Made by a program: the position numbers and the translations under genes
Shown: positions 29,217 through 38,517 of the stretch, in pieces
Layout of the letters: every line of letters begins with the position of its first letter
Numbering within the stretch: the stretch's first letter is position 1
The notes under the pieces: model-generated
Database searches by the model: none
What the model saw: only the letters and a program-made list of their open reading frames with translations
What the model was told of the DNA's origin: nothing
From: Planctomycetota bacterium
GTDB lineage: Bacteria > Planctomycetota > UBA8108 > UBA1146
Direction of reading: 5' to 3'
Assembly (NCBI GenBank): GCA_036338595.1
Contig: JAYZBV010000057.1
Span: forward strand, 1-58,750
DNA length: 58,750 nucleotides

Positions 29217-30587
29217 ATGCGTATTTGTAATTATTTTCTGCTCGTGATGTTGGCCCTGTTTCTGTCGGGGTCGATGGCGTCCGGTCAGACCTTTGAGATC
29301 TCGTCTCCGGATCAGACTCATGCAGCGGGAGCCGGTGCGATTCCCTTCACGGCGACCTTCAGTATCGAACAGGTCACGGGAGCGCTCGAGGATACAAAGG
29401 GATTCTCATTCGCCTACCGTCACGATGATTCGTTGATGGAAGTTCTTGGAGCCAATCCATACGTGCCCGCAGCAGTAGGGGAACTCGCTGCAGTGAATGC
29501 CAATGATGGCCCTGATTTCATCCAGGGAGAGGTGTTTGTAGACGGATTCACCATCGGAGTGATCTACGCATTTGTCGATCAGTCGCAAGTGATCACCTTC
29601 GAGGTTCCCAAGCCGATGATCGAGGTGGAATACGCAACCCTCCCCGGCGCCCTCTCCGGGGCCAGTGGTGATGTGGTTTCCAACATCATCCCAGCGTCGG
29701 ACCTGGGAGTCCCGCCGACCTCGACCGTCGTGGTCATCGGAGCAGGAACTTCAGCTGCCACGACCGCATATCCATTTTCCATCACATTTCTGGCAGCGCC
29801 TCCGCTCACCTTTGTCGTCGAGTGCGCCGATCAGTCCGCCAACTTCAATGCTGCATCGGGAGAAGGTAATTTCACCGGCAGCATCCTGATCGATCAAGAT
29901 GTGACCCCCGGCGATACCGCTGCCGAAACCCAGGGATTTTCGTTCGGGATCGGCCATGATTCAGCTGTGCTCAGCGCCATCGGAGTGGACTACGGTTCAG
30001 CACTGGGCGGTCTCGAGGGCGGCCAGGGACCGGAGTACTTCCAGGTCGGGATCTACAGCGATGGAATCACCGTCGGTTGTATCTACGATTTCCAGGGTGC
30101 CTCGACCTATGCCTTCGGTTCTCCCACCGAGGCGACAACGGTCGACTACGAGACTCAATCAGGCGCTCTGGCTGGATCGACACCGGGCTCATCCGTGGTC
30201 ACAACTCTGACTCCGACGGAGGGTCTGGGTCCCAGTGGAGTCACGTTGGTGATGGTGGTCGATGGACAGTCGGTGATCATGTCGGGGCAGTCTGGTTCCG
30301 TCACCTTGACGGCAACAGGTGGATTTGACCGCGGCGATTGCAATGACGACGGCGGCTTCAACATCGGAGATCCCATCACTCTGCTGGATGCTCTGTTCCT
30401 CGGAGGCAGTGTCAATTGCGATAATGCCTGTGACGCGAATGACGATGAGAACAAGGACATCGCAGATGGCGTCTACATGCTCTCGGCGCTCTTCATCAAC
30501 GGCCCGATGCCTCCCGGCACGGGAACATGCGTTCCGGATCCGACGCCGGGCACTCTCGCCTGCTTGGTTTTCAATTCCTGTTCCTAG
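29217..30587 (+). CDS. Secreted adaptor-like protein: two cohesin-like domains + dockerin-like module
   Basis: Signal peptide; two repeats T.GFSF...HD..L.......G.L....GP.[FY]......DG.T.G.IY; FDRGDCN tail. Confidence 0.7.
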   Translation: MRICNYFLLVMLALFLSGSMASGQTFEISSPDQTHAAGAGAIPFTATFSIEQVTGALEDTKGFSFAYRHDDSLMEVLGANPYVPAAVGELAAVNANDGPDFIQGEVFVDGFTIGVIYAFVDQSQVITFEVPKPMIEVEYATLPGALSGASGDVVSNIIPASDLGVPPTSTVVVIGAGTSAATTAYPFSITFLAAPPLTFVVECADQSANFNAASGEGNFTGSILIDQDVTPGDTAAETQGFSFGIGHDSAVLSAIGVDYGSALGGLEGGQGPEYFQVGIYSDGITVGCIYDFQGASTYAFGSPTEATTVDYETQSGALAGSTPGSSVVTTLTPTEGLGPSGVTLVMVVDGQSVIMSGQSGSVTLTATGGFDRGDCNDDGGFNIGDPITLLDALFLGGSVNCDNACDANDDENKDIADGVYMLSALFINGPMPPGTGTCVPDPTPGTLACLVFNSCS

Positions 30588-30637
30588 ATGGGTGCCACTG
30601 GGCTGACAAGCCGATGACCCAACGATGACCAGGCCTG

Positions 30638-30676
30638 GGGCTGTGAATCGCGACCGATTCACAGCCCTTTTCTTTC
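30638..30676 (+). terminator. Rho-independent terminator
   Basis: GGGCTGTGAATCG-cgac-CGATTCACAGCCC, a perfect 13-bp stem, followed by TTTTCTTT. Confidence 0.85.
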
Positions 30677-30989
30677 GCTTCGACCGGGATGCCGATCCGA
30701 CTACCGAGGTGCGCCGCGAATTCCGGCATCCGTTCCCGAATTTGCCGATGGCAGCAGTTCCCGGGTCCCCAGTCGAATAAGACCCTCGTTGCGGTCTGAG
30801 CCCTCTGTGGCTAACATCGGAGAAGTAGGGTGGGTGCCATCGTCAGCCGATCTGAGCAGACCTCAGCACCCTCTCGACGGGCTTTTTCTGATATTTCCGA
30901 GATGGTCCTCTCGAGTTCCTGTGCATCTGCATCAGGGCGATGGGATCAGGTCTGACCTGCTGTTGCAGGTCCGTGGGGAAGGGACACCA

Positions 30990-33900
30990 ATGCGAGCAGT
31001 CTTCGCAGTGGCAGTTCTCTGGATACAGTTCGCCGTTGTCGGCACAGCCTTCAGCCAGTCCATCACGGATGGAGTGGTCGAAAGTCGGACTCCCATCGAT
31101 GGCAAGATCCACATGGTCGCGGGGGTAGGAGGAGCCGCTCTTCCACTTCCCGAGGGCGTGAAGCCGGACCTGGGTGACCCATTTCAGGCATTGCGATATC
31201 ACGGTGAATCCTTCGGCATTCGTTTTCCGGAACGCGAACTGGCGATCACCAGGACCGAGCGTTGCTCGCTGGGGATGATTCATCACACATTCGAGCAGGT
31301 TCATCTGGGTGTGAAGGTGTTTTCTGGTGTGATCAAGGTTCACCTGTCTCCCGATGGTACTCCTCGCTCGATCAATGGAGACTTTTACAGGCTGCCCAAG
31401 AAACTATCAGTGACACCATCCGTGTCGCTGGATGAGGCGCTGATCCTTGCTGAAGCCCATCTCGATCAGCAGCTACTGGTTCAAACTGCCGATGCCGAAC
31501 TGGCCATCGTGAACCCGGGATGGTGGGGGGATCCGTTTCTCCCTGCGCCGGTTCTTGCCCATCACCTTGTCGTCGAGGGATCAGAGATGCTCGCAGAGCA
31601 TGTGCTGATCGATGCCGCCAGTGGCGATCTCCTCGACCACTGGCCGGCAGTGCACAGCGCTCGCTTTCGCGAGGTCTACGACGGTAGTGGCGGTGGACTT
31701 CCTGGAAGCCTTGCCCGATCGGAAGGCTCGGCCGCCAGTGGCGATACCGATATCGATGAGGCGTACGACACTGCTGGAGATTTCTACCGGTTACTGTTCG
31801 ACGGTCTCGGGCGCGATTCTCTTGATGGCAGTGGTAGCACATTGACCGCCACCGTGCACTGGAATGACCCCATCTGCCCCAATGCCATCTGGAATGGGAA
31901 TCAGATTGCGTTGTGCAACGGACTCGCCACTGACGATGTGATCGCTCATGAGTTCGCCCATGGCCTCACACAGTTCACTGCCAACCTGATCTATCAGAAT
32001 CAGCCCGGGCAATTGAACGAGTCGTACTCCGATATCCTTGGAGAAACGATAGATCTGTGGAATGGCAATACATCCGTTGTCGGCACACCTGGAGGAACCC
32101 CCTGGCCCGGCGGCACCACTGGTGGAGGACAGGATACTCCCAACTCCGCGCGAACCGGCTGCAATGATGGATCGACACGCTGGCGCATGGGAGAGCAGAC
32201 CAGTCTCAACGCCATCCGCGACCTGTGGTTTCCCGAGTGTTTCAACGATCCCCCCAGTACCACCGATCCGCTCTACAACCAGAACGCCTGTGGACCCTTC
32301 GATAACGGTGGTGTCCACATCGGTAGTGGAGTTTTCAATCACTCCTACAGCATGCTCGTGGATGGCAAGACCTATAACGGGCAGACCGTGTCGCCGATCG
32401 GCTTGACCAAGGCGGCCGCGGTGTATTTCCGTGCCCTGACGGTATACATGACCTCGGGCACCGCCTTTCCGCAGGCAGAGACCTTCATCAATCAGGCTGC
32501 GGCAGACCTGCTCAACTCGAGTCCAAACGATCCACGTACAGGCAGTCCCGGTGACGTCTTCACGCAGAGCGATGCGGACCAGGTGGCCGCCGCCATGATC
32601 GCCGTTGGAATGTCAGAACTGGTTTGTGGTCAGGCTCCTCCCGGACCTCCGCCCTCCAATGATGACTGTGCGGGATCAGTTCTGGTATTCGTTGGGCTCA
32701 ACGACATCAACAGCAACAACGCCACGACGGGTGGACCTCCTGGCGATTCAGGACAGTGCAGCGGAACTTTTCTGGGCGATGTCGGCAACGACATCTGGTA
32801 CTCGTACGTACCGCCAGAAGATGGACTTCTCTCCGTCAGTACCTGTGATATCGCCAGCTGGGATACGGATCTTCTCGTCTACGAGGGAGACTGCGGATCC
32901 CTGCTGCAGATCGCCTGTAACGGCGATACCGGTGGTTGCGGAAACTTCACATCGGTCATCAATGACATTCCCGTGAGTGGCGGATTGACCTACCAGATCA
33001 GGGTTGCTTCCTGGAGTGAAGGCACCACCGGGTCGGGTCAGATGGATGTGGCCTTCGTCGGAGGCGGCGGTGGAGCAGTGGAGAACTGCACCAACGGTGT
33101 CGATGATGATGGGGACGGTCTGATCGATTGTGCGGACCCGGAGTGCGCCGCCGACCCGAACTGTATTCCGGCGCCGCCAGGAGACGAGTGTGAGGCAGCC
33201 TCGGTAGCAGTGTTTGGTTCGAATCCTGTCGATACCACTACTGCCACGCAAAGCGCAGATCCGTTCGATTCAGATACTTGCCCGGGAACTTTCATGGGAC
33301 AGATGACCAGCGACATCTGGTTCAGTTACACTCCCGTCGAGAATGGCGATTACACCATCAGTACCTGCGACAGCATCGACTTCGATTCTGACATTGTCGT
33401 CTATTCGGGCAATTGTGATTCGTTGACCCAGGTCGCCTGTAATGGCGATGCGGCCGGCTGTGGTGGTTTTACCAGTCTGGTCGAGATGACGATGACCGCA
33501 GGCACGGGATACTACATCCGGCTCGGAGGCTGGAATGATACGGCATCGGGCACGGGCACGCTCGATATCGGTGCCACCACTCCTCCACCTCCTCCCGAGA
33601 ACTGCTCCAACGGCACCGATGATGATCTCGACGGTCTCACGGACTGCGAGGATCCGGACTGTATCGGTGATCCGGCTTGCGTCTGTGAACCGATTTCGGG
33701 ACTCGGGTGTAGCCAGGGTGCTGGCACCGAGGTCGTACTCTCGTGGGTCAATGGTGAGTCCTACACCCTGATCTCCCTGTATCGAGATGGAGTCGTGATC
33801 GATTCGCTGCCGGGAACCGCAACGGGATATGTCGACAGTTCTACATTTCCTGGCACCTATTCCTATGCCGTGGTTCCTTTCTGCGATGCCACTCAGCAGG

Positions 33901-35225
33901 CAGCCGGAGTGATTTGTGCCGTGAATGTGGAACTCAATGGCGGGTTCAGTCTCGTGGCTTCCGATGTTGCCGGAGGATATAGCGGATCAGGAGCAGAGTT
34001 CGAGACGATGATCTCGGCGACCGAGTTCACTGATAACCCCGGATTCCCGACCAGTACCGCGGGCTTCTCGTTTGGTCTCGGTCATGATCCCGATCTGTTC
34101 GCAGCCATCGGCGCTGCCCCGGCGGGTGCGGTAGCTGCCCTCGACGGAGGTGCTGGACCGCAGTTCTTCGAAGCGTCCAGTTTCCCCAACGGCATCACCG
34201 TCGGATGCGTCTACAGCTTCACCTTCGCAGAAACGATCCAGATGATCACCGAGACATCGCTTTCGACGATCAACTACGAGTCCTTGCCGGGCGTATTTTC
34301 CAGTACAACCGGCACCGTGACGAGTGCGCTGGATTTCACAGAAACACTCGGCAATCCGGTGGTGCAGTCGATCATCTCCACCGATGCGGGAGTAGCGATC
34401 GGTGTGATTCCCACGGGAGCGGTCGTGACCCTCACTCCTACCGGGTTCATCCTCACTGCAGTGGATCAGACGGTGGCATTCCCGCCATCGACCGGAGCCG
34501 CCACCGTCATGGCTTCCTTCACGCTGGAGGAGGATGCGACCAATGCGGGCTATCCAAACGACACTCAGGGTTTCTCGTTCGGCGTTTCGCACGATCCGGC
34601 GGTACTGACAGTGACAGGCGGTGTCGGTGCACAGGTCATCGATGACCTCAACAACGGCACCGGTGCTGACTTCCTCGATGTGGGACTGTTCACAGATGGA
34701 TTCACCTGTGGCTGCGTTTACAGTTTCCTGGGTATCCAGACGATTCAGTTCGCTTCTCCCATCGAACTGGCCATCGCCAGTTACGACACGGTTCCAGGTG
34801 CTCTGATCGGATCGACTTCAGACGTGAACACGATCCTGTCCATCTCGAACAGCCTGGGTAGTCCCCCCGTGGAGATTGTCGTGGTGGTGAACTCTCAGGC
34901 TCTTGGTGCTACGGGGGTCGCTGGACTCATCACACTCACACCGGTTGTGGGTGGATTTGTGCGTGCGGATGTCAACGACGACGCACTCGTCAATCTGGCC
35001 GATGCCATCACGGTGCTGGATGCGCTGTTCCTCGGTGGAGTGATCAATTGCATGGATGCTGCCGATACCAATGACGATGAACTGACCAACATTGCAGATG
35101 GCGTATTCCTGCTCACTTACCTCTTCTCGGGCGGATCCGCTCCTCCTGCGCCTTTTGGTGGCGGTTGCGGTGCAGATCCGGCCGGTACAGCACTGGATTG
35201 TGCCGAGTACCTGTCATGTAACTGA
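30990..35225 (+). CDS. Secreted M4 (thermolysin-like) metallopeptidase with accessory repeats, two cohesin-like domains and a dockerin-like tail
   Basis: Signal peptide; FTP/PepSY-like propeptide; NAIWNG, DVIAHEFAHG, GQLNESYSD, GGVHIGSG; 2x NC.NG.DDD.DGL.DC.DP.C; 2x GFSFG..HDP repeats; FVRADVN tail. Confidence 0.88.
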   Translation: MRAVFAVAVLWIQFAVVGTAFSQSITDGVVESRTPIDGKIHMVAGVGGAALPLPEGVKPDLGDPFQALRYHGESFGIRFPERELAITRTERCSLGMIHHTFEQVHLGVKVFSGVIKVHLSPDGTPRSINGDFYRLPKKLSVTPSVSLDEALILAEAHLDQQLLVQTADAELAIVNPGWWGDPFLPAPVLAHHLVVEGSEMLAEHVLIDAASGDLLDHWPAVHSARFREVYDGSGGGLPGSLARSEGSAASGDTDIDEAYDTAGDFYRLLFDGLGRDSLDGSGSTLTATVHWNDPICPNAIWNGNQIALCNGLATDDVIAHEFAHGLTQFTANLIYQNQPGQLNESYSDILGETIDLWNGNTSVVGTPGGTPWPGGTTGGGQDTPNSARTGCNDGSTRWRMGEQTSLNAIRDLWFPECFNDPPSTTDPLYNQNACGPFDNGGVHIGSGVFNHSYSMLVDGKTYNGQTVSPIGLTKAAAVYFRALTVYMTSGTAFPQAETFINQAAADLLNSSPNDPRTGSPGDVFTQSDADQVAAAMIAVGMSELVCGQAPPGPPPSNDDCAGSVLVFVGLNDINSNNATTGGPPGDSGQCSGTFLGDVGNDIWYSYVPPEDGLLSVSTCDIASWDTDLLVYEGDCGSLLQIACNGDTGGCGNFTSVINDIPVSGGLTYQIRVASWSEGTTGSGQMDVAFVGGGGGAVENCTNGVDDDGDGLIDCADPECAADPNCIPAPPGDECEAASVAVFGSNPVDTTTATQSADPFDSDTCPGTFMGQMTSDIWFSYTPVENGDYTISTCDSIDFDSDIVVYSGNCDSLTQVACNGDAAGCGGFTSLVEMTMTAGTGYYIRLGGWNDTASGTGTLDIGATTPPPPPENCSNGTDDDLDGLTDCEDPDCIGDPACVCEPISGLGCSQGAGTEVVLSWVNGESYTLISLYRDGVVIDSLPGTATGYVDSSTFPGTYSYAVVPFCDATQQAAGVICAVNVELNGGFSLVASDVAGGYSGSGAEFETMISATEFTDNPGFPTSTAGFSFGLGHDPDLFAAIGAAPAGAVAALDGGAGPQFFEASSFPNGITVGCVYSFTFAETIQMITETSLSTINYESLPGVFSSTTGTVTSALDFTETLGNPVVQSIISTDAGVAIGVIPTGAVVTLTPTGFILTAVDQTVAFPPSTGAATVMASFTLEEDATNAGYPNDTQGFSFGVSHDPAVLTVTGGVGAQVIDDLNNGTGADFLDVGLFTDGFTCGCVYSFLGIQTIQFASPIELAIASYDTVPGALIGSTSDVNTILSISNSLGSPPVEIVVVVNSQALGATGVAGLITLTPVVGGFVRADVNDDALVNLADAITVLDALFLGGVINCMDAADTNDDELTNIADGVFLLTYLFSGGSAPPAPFGGGCGADPAGTALDCAEYLSCN

Positions 35226-35251
35226 AGAGGTGTGTGTTCAGGTGAATCATC

Positions 35252-35291
35252 TCGGGTGGATGCGGGAGTTCCGCACCCACCCGATTTTCTT
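35252..35291 (+). terminator. Rho-independent terminator
   Basis: TCGGGTGGaTGCGG-gagtt-CCGCAcCCACCCGA stem (one mismatch) followed by TTTTCT. Confidence 0.7.
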
Positions 35292-35359
35292 GCGCTCCAG
35301 TAGTGGATGCTTCCTGGATCGTCATGACAACTTGAGCGGATTCGAGGAGGGAGAGGACG

Positions 35360-35689
35360 ATGCGGCGCTTTGGACAGGTGATCGGAATCGATCCTTCATC
35401 GGTAGCGGAGTATCGCCGCCATCACGAGAAGATCTGGCCACAGATCGAGTCGGCGATTCGAGAGGCGGGGATTCGCAATTACTCGATCTTTCTCGACGGG
35501 GATCAGCTGTTTGGCTACTTCGAGTATCACGGTCCGGATGAGGAGCTTACGCAGCGGATGCAGTCACTCGCCGCTTCACCCCGTATGCGGGAATGGTGGG
35601 ACATCATCGAGCCGATGCAGCGTCCTCGCACCGGTGGTGCAGATGGGGACTGGTGGCTGAATCTGGAGGAGGTATTCCACCAGGATTGA
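35360..35689 (+). CDS. L-rhamnose/L-fucose mutarotase family protein
   Basis: EY.RHHEKIWP, GIRNYSIFL, LFGYFEY, WW...EEVFH.D. Confidence 0.88.
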   Translation: MRRFGQVIGIDPSSVAEYRRHHEKIWPQIESAIREAGIRNYSIFLDGDQLFGYFEYHGPDEELTQRMQSLAASPRMREWWDIIEPMQRPRTGGADGDWWLNLEEVFHQD

Positions 35690-35738
35690 CCTGCTCTGCG
35701 AAAGCGCAGAGCAGGAAACGGCTTCGGTGGATGAATTT

Positions 35739-36593
35739 CTATTCGAGGGAATGGACGGCTTGCTTCTGTGTGCCGAGTCCCTCGATGCAAAGTTCCATCA
35801 CATCCCCTGCCTTGAGGAACCGTGGCGGATCGAGACCCAGCCCGACACCTGCTGGCGTACCGGTAGAGATGATATCGCCTGGAAGCAGCGTCATGTATTG
35901 GCTGACACTCGACAGGATCTCCGGAACATCGAAGTGCAACTCCCTCGTGTTCGATCTCTGCAACTCTTCCCCGTTGACCGTGAGCCACATGTCGAGGTGT
36001 AGTGGATCGGGCAGTTCGTCGGGGGTGACCAGTTCGGGTCCGAGGGGTGCAAAGGTATTGCAGGACTTGCCCTTGACCCACTGTCCACAACGTTCCAGCT
36101 GAAACTCCCGTTCCGAGAGATCGTTGTGGAGACAGTATCCAGCGATTCCATCCGATGCCGTCTGTCGGTCTGCATAACTGAGGGTGTTTCCAACCACCAC
36201 GGCCAGTTCCACTTCCCAGTCCGATTTGGTACTCGCAGGGGGGAGTAGCACGTCATCATGGGGCCCCACGATTGCAGTGGTCGATTTGAAGAAGATCACC
36301 GGTTCAGCAGGAAGTTCGGCTCCTGTTTCAGCGGCATGATCTCGATAGTTGAGTCCGATGCAGACGATCTTGCTCGGTCGGCATACGGGCGGGCCCAGAC
36401 GAACATCTGCTGCTACCTCGGGGGCAGAGGGACCCTCCTGTTCGAGCCAGCTGGCCAGTCTTGCAAGACCACCACTTGCGAAGAACGCTTCATTCCAGTC
36501 CTCTCCAGAGGCGGAACAGTCGATCCTTCTACCATCGGGAAGAACAGCTGCTGGAGATTCCTGACCCGGATCACCAAAGCGAAACAGTCTCAT
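35739..36593 (-). CDS. Fumarylacetoacetate hydrolase family protein (possible 2,4-diketo-3-deoxy-fuconate hydrolase)
   Basis: KIVCIGLNY.DHA.E, DWEVEL, NDLSER, QWVKGKS, PGDIISTGTPAGVG. Confidence 0.9.
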   Translation of the reverse strand: MRLFRFGDPGQESPAAVLPDGRRIDCSASGEDWNEAFFASGGLARLASWLEQEGPSAPEVAADVRLGPPVCRPSKIVCIGLNYRDHAAETGAELPAEPVIFFKSTTAIVGPHDDVLLPPASTKSDWEVELAVVVGNTLSYADRQTASDGIAGYCLHNDLSEREFQLERCGQWVKGKSCNTFAPLGPELVTPDELPDPLHLDMWLTVNGEELQRSNTRELHFDVPEILSSVSQYMTLLPGDIISTGTPAGVGLGLDPPRFLKAGDVMELCIEGLGTQKQAVHSLE

Positions 36594-36601
36594 CGATCCT
36601 C

Positions 36602-37381
36602 CTAGATCACCATCACGCCACCATCGACGGGAAACGAGTGACCCGTGATGAAAGCAGATTCATCGCTACAGAGAAAGAGAGCCAGGTCTGCCACCTCTTC
36701 GGGACGCACCATCCGTCCCATCGGCTGATAGGCCGACAACTCATCGAACTTCTCCTGCTCGTGGCCAGGATAGTTGTCGCGGATGAAGCCATCGACAAAG
36801 GGTGTGTGGACCCTGGCGGGGGCGACGCAGTTGCAGCGAATTCCTTGCTTCATGTAGTCCGTCGCGATGGAGCGAGTCATGGTGAACACCGCCCCCTTCG
36901 TCATCGAGTAGGCGAAGCGATCCTCGAGGCCGATGTGGCTGGCGATGGATGCGAGGTTGAGAATCACGCCCCCGGAACGCTCCAGCATTCTTTGCACACT
37001 TTCACGTGCGCAAAATGCAACCCCCTTGATGTTGACGGCATAGAGCCGGTCCAGATCTTCTTCCTCGGTATTCTGGACATTTCCGACATGGGCGATGCCT
37101 GCATTATTGACGAGAATCTGAGGACTGCCGATGGTGTCGTCGATCCTGCGAAACGCCTCGGCAACGGAGTCCTTACTCGCTACATCGCAGACGATCGCCT
37201 CGACCGTGGCCCCTTCGCTGGTAAACCGCTCTCTTGCCGCATCCAGACTCTCGGGATTGATATCGAGCAGTGCCAGATGGGCACCCTGCTCGGCGAAGCG
37301 GCCAGCGATGGCGAGGCCGATTCCTGAGCCCGCTCCGGTGATGACAGCGTTTCTACCTGCCAGACGACCAGCGTGTGCCAT
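36602..37381 (-). CDS. Short-chain dehydrogenase/reductase (2-keto-3-deoxy-L-fuconate dehydrogenase-like)
   Basis: TGAGSGIG, NNAG, DRFAYSMTKGAV (YxxxK), PARVHTPFVDG; GGAGG RBS upstream of ATG 37381. Confidence 0.85.
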   Translation of the reverse strand: MAHAGRLAGRNAVITGAGSGIGLAIAGRFAEQGAHLALLDINPESLDAARERFTSEGATVEAIVCDVASKDSVAEAFRRIDDTIGSPQILVNNAGIAHVGNVQNTEEEDLDRLYAVNIKGVAFCARESVQRMLERSGGVILNLASIASHIGLEDRFAYSMTKGAVFTMTRSIATDYMKQGIRCNCVAPARVHTPFVDGFIRDNYPGHEQEKFDELSAYQPMGRMVRPEEVADLALFLCSDESAFITGHSFPVDGGVMVI

Positions 37382-37524
37382 CGGGGCTCCTTCCTCCAGG
37401 ATGATTCGAAGCAGGGAGGATATCACGCATCTCGGTGCTCGGGGAGCGGGCCCACCTTGACCGGCGGCAGACCTCAGGCAGGATACTCGGGGGGCAGATT
37501 CGACCTTCAGTGAGGAGCCAGCCA

Positions 37525-38517
37525 GTGAGTTCTCGAACATTATTTTTCAGGCATCTCGGGCTCCTGCTGGCACTGCTCGTCGCCGGGTGCACGGCGAAGG
37601 TGACCAGTGCGATGCCGCAGATTGCCGTGATTCCCAAGGGCACCAGCCACGAGTTCTGGAAATCGATCCATGCCGGAGCCGAAAAAGCTCGTCAGGAGAT
37701 CGGCGGATTCGAGGTGGTGTGGCGCGGGCCAGAGAGGGAGAACGACAAGAGTCAGCAGGTAGACCTGGTGCAGAACTTTGTCGCCTCGGGAATCAGCGCC
37801 ATCGTCATCGCCCCCGCCGACGACCGCGCACTCGCTTCTCCCATCGCTGCAGCCAGTAGAGGGGGAACACCCGTCATCGTCATCGATAGTGGGGTCCAGG
37901 GGATTGCAGGAACTGATTACGCATCCTACATCGCTACGGACAATGTCGAGGGGGGAAGGATCGCCGGGCGGCGCATGGTGGAGTTGACCGGTGGAAAGGG
38001 AAGGGTGCTGGTGTTGCGGTACCAGGAAGGCTCCGGTAGCACGACCCAGCGAGAGCAGGGATTTGTCGAGATTCTCGAGTCCGCACAGGGGATCGAAGTG
38101 GTGGACCCCGGACGTTACGCCGGATCGACGCGGGAAAGCGCACGAGATGCGGCAGAGAACCTTCTCGAGGCGGACAGTGAATATGTCGGCATCTTCTGCT
38201 CCAACGAATCTGCGACCTTCGGGATGCTGCTGGCTCTGCGCGCCCGGCAGATGGCAGGTGAGGTGTTCCTGGTCGGTTTCGACGCCAGCGATGGTCTGAT
38301 CGAGGGGATGCGAGCCGGCGAGATCCACGGGCTGGTCGTTCAGGATCCTGTCGCGATGGGGGAACTGGGGGTCAAGACGGCGCTCGCGGTTCTACGTGGT
38401 GAAGAGGTCGAAACACTGGTCGATACAGGTGCCAAGCTCGTCACCGGCGAAAACATCGATGATCCACAGATCGTCGATCTGCTCTCTCCTCCCCTGAAGA
38501 AGTATCTCGGCGAGTGA
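37525..38517 (+). CDS. Sugar ABC transporter substrate-binding lipoprotein (RbsB-like)
   Basis: Lipobox LVAGC; IAVIPKG..HEFW, ATDN..GG, VGFD, QDP..MG; GAGGAG RBS before GTG 37525. Confidence 0.88.
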   Translation: MSSRTLFFRHLGLLLALLVAGCTAKVTSAMPQIAVIPKGTSHEFWKSIHAGAEKARQEIGGFEVVWRGPERENDKSQQVDLVQNFVASGISAIVIAPADDRALASPIAAASRGGTPVIVIDSGVQGIAGTDYASYIATDNVEGGRIAGRRMVELTGGKGRVLVLRYQEGSGSTTQREQGFVEILESAQGIEVVDPGRYAGSTRESARDAAENLLEADSEYVGIFCSNESATFGMLLALRARQMAGEVFLVGFDASDGLIEGMRAGEIHGLVVQDPVAMGELGVKTALAVLRGEEVETLVDTGAKLVTGENIDDPQIVDLLSPPLKKYLGE

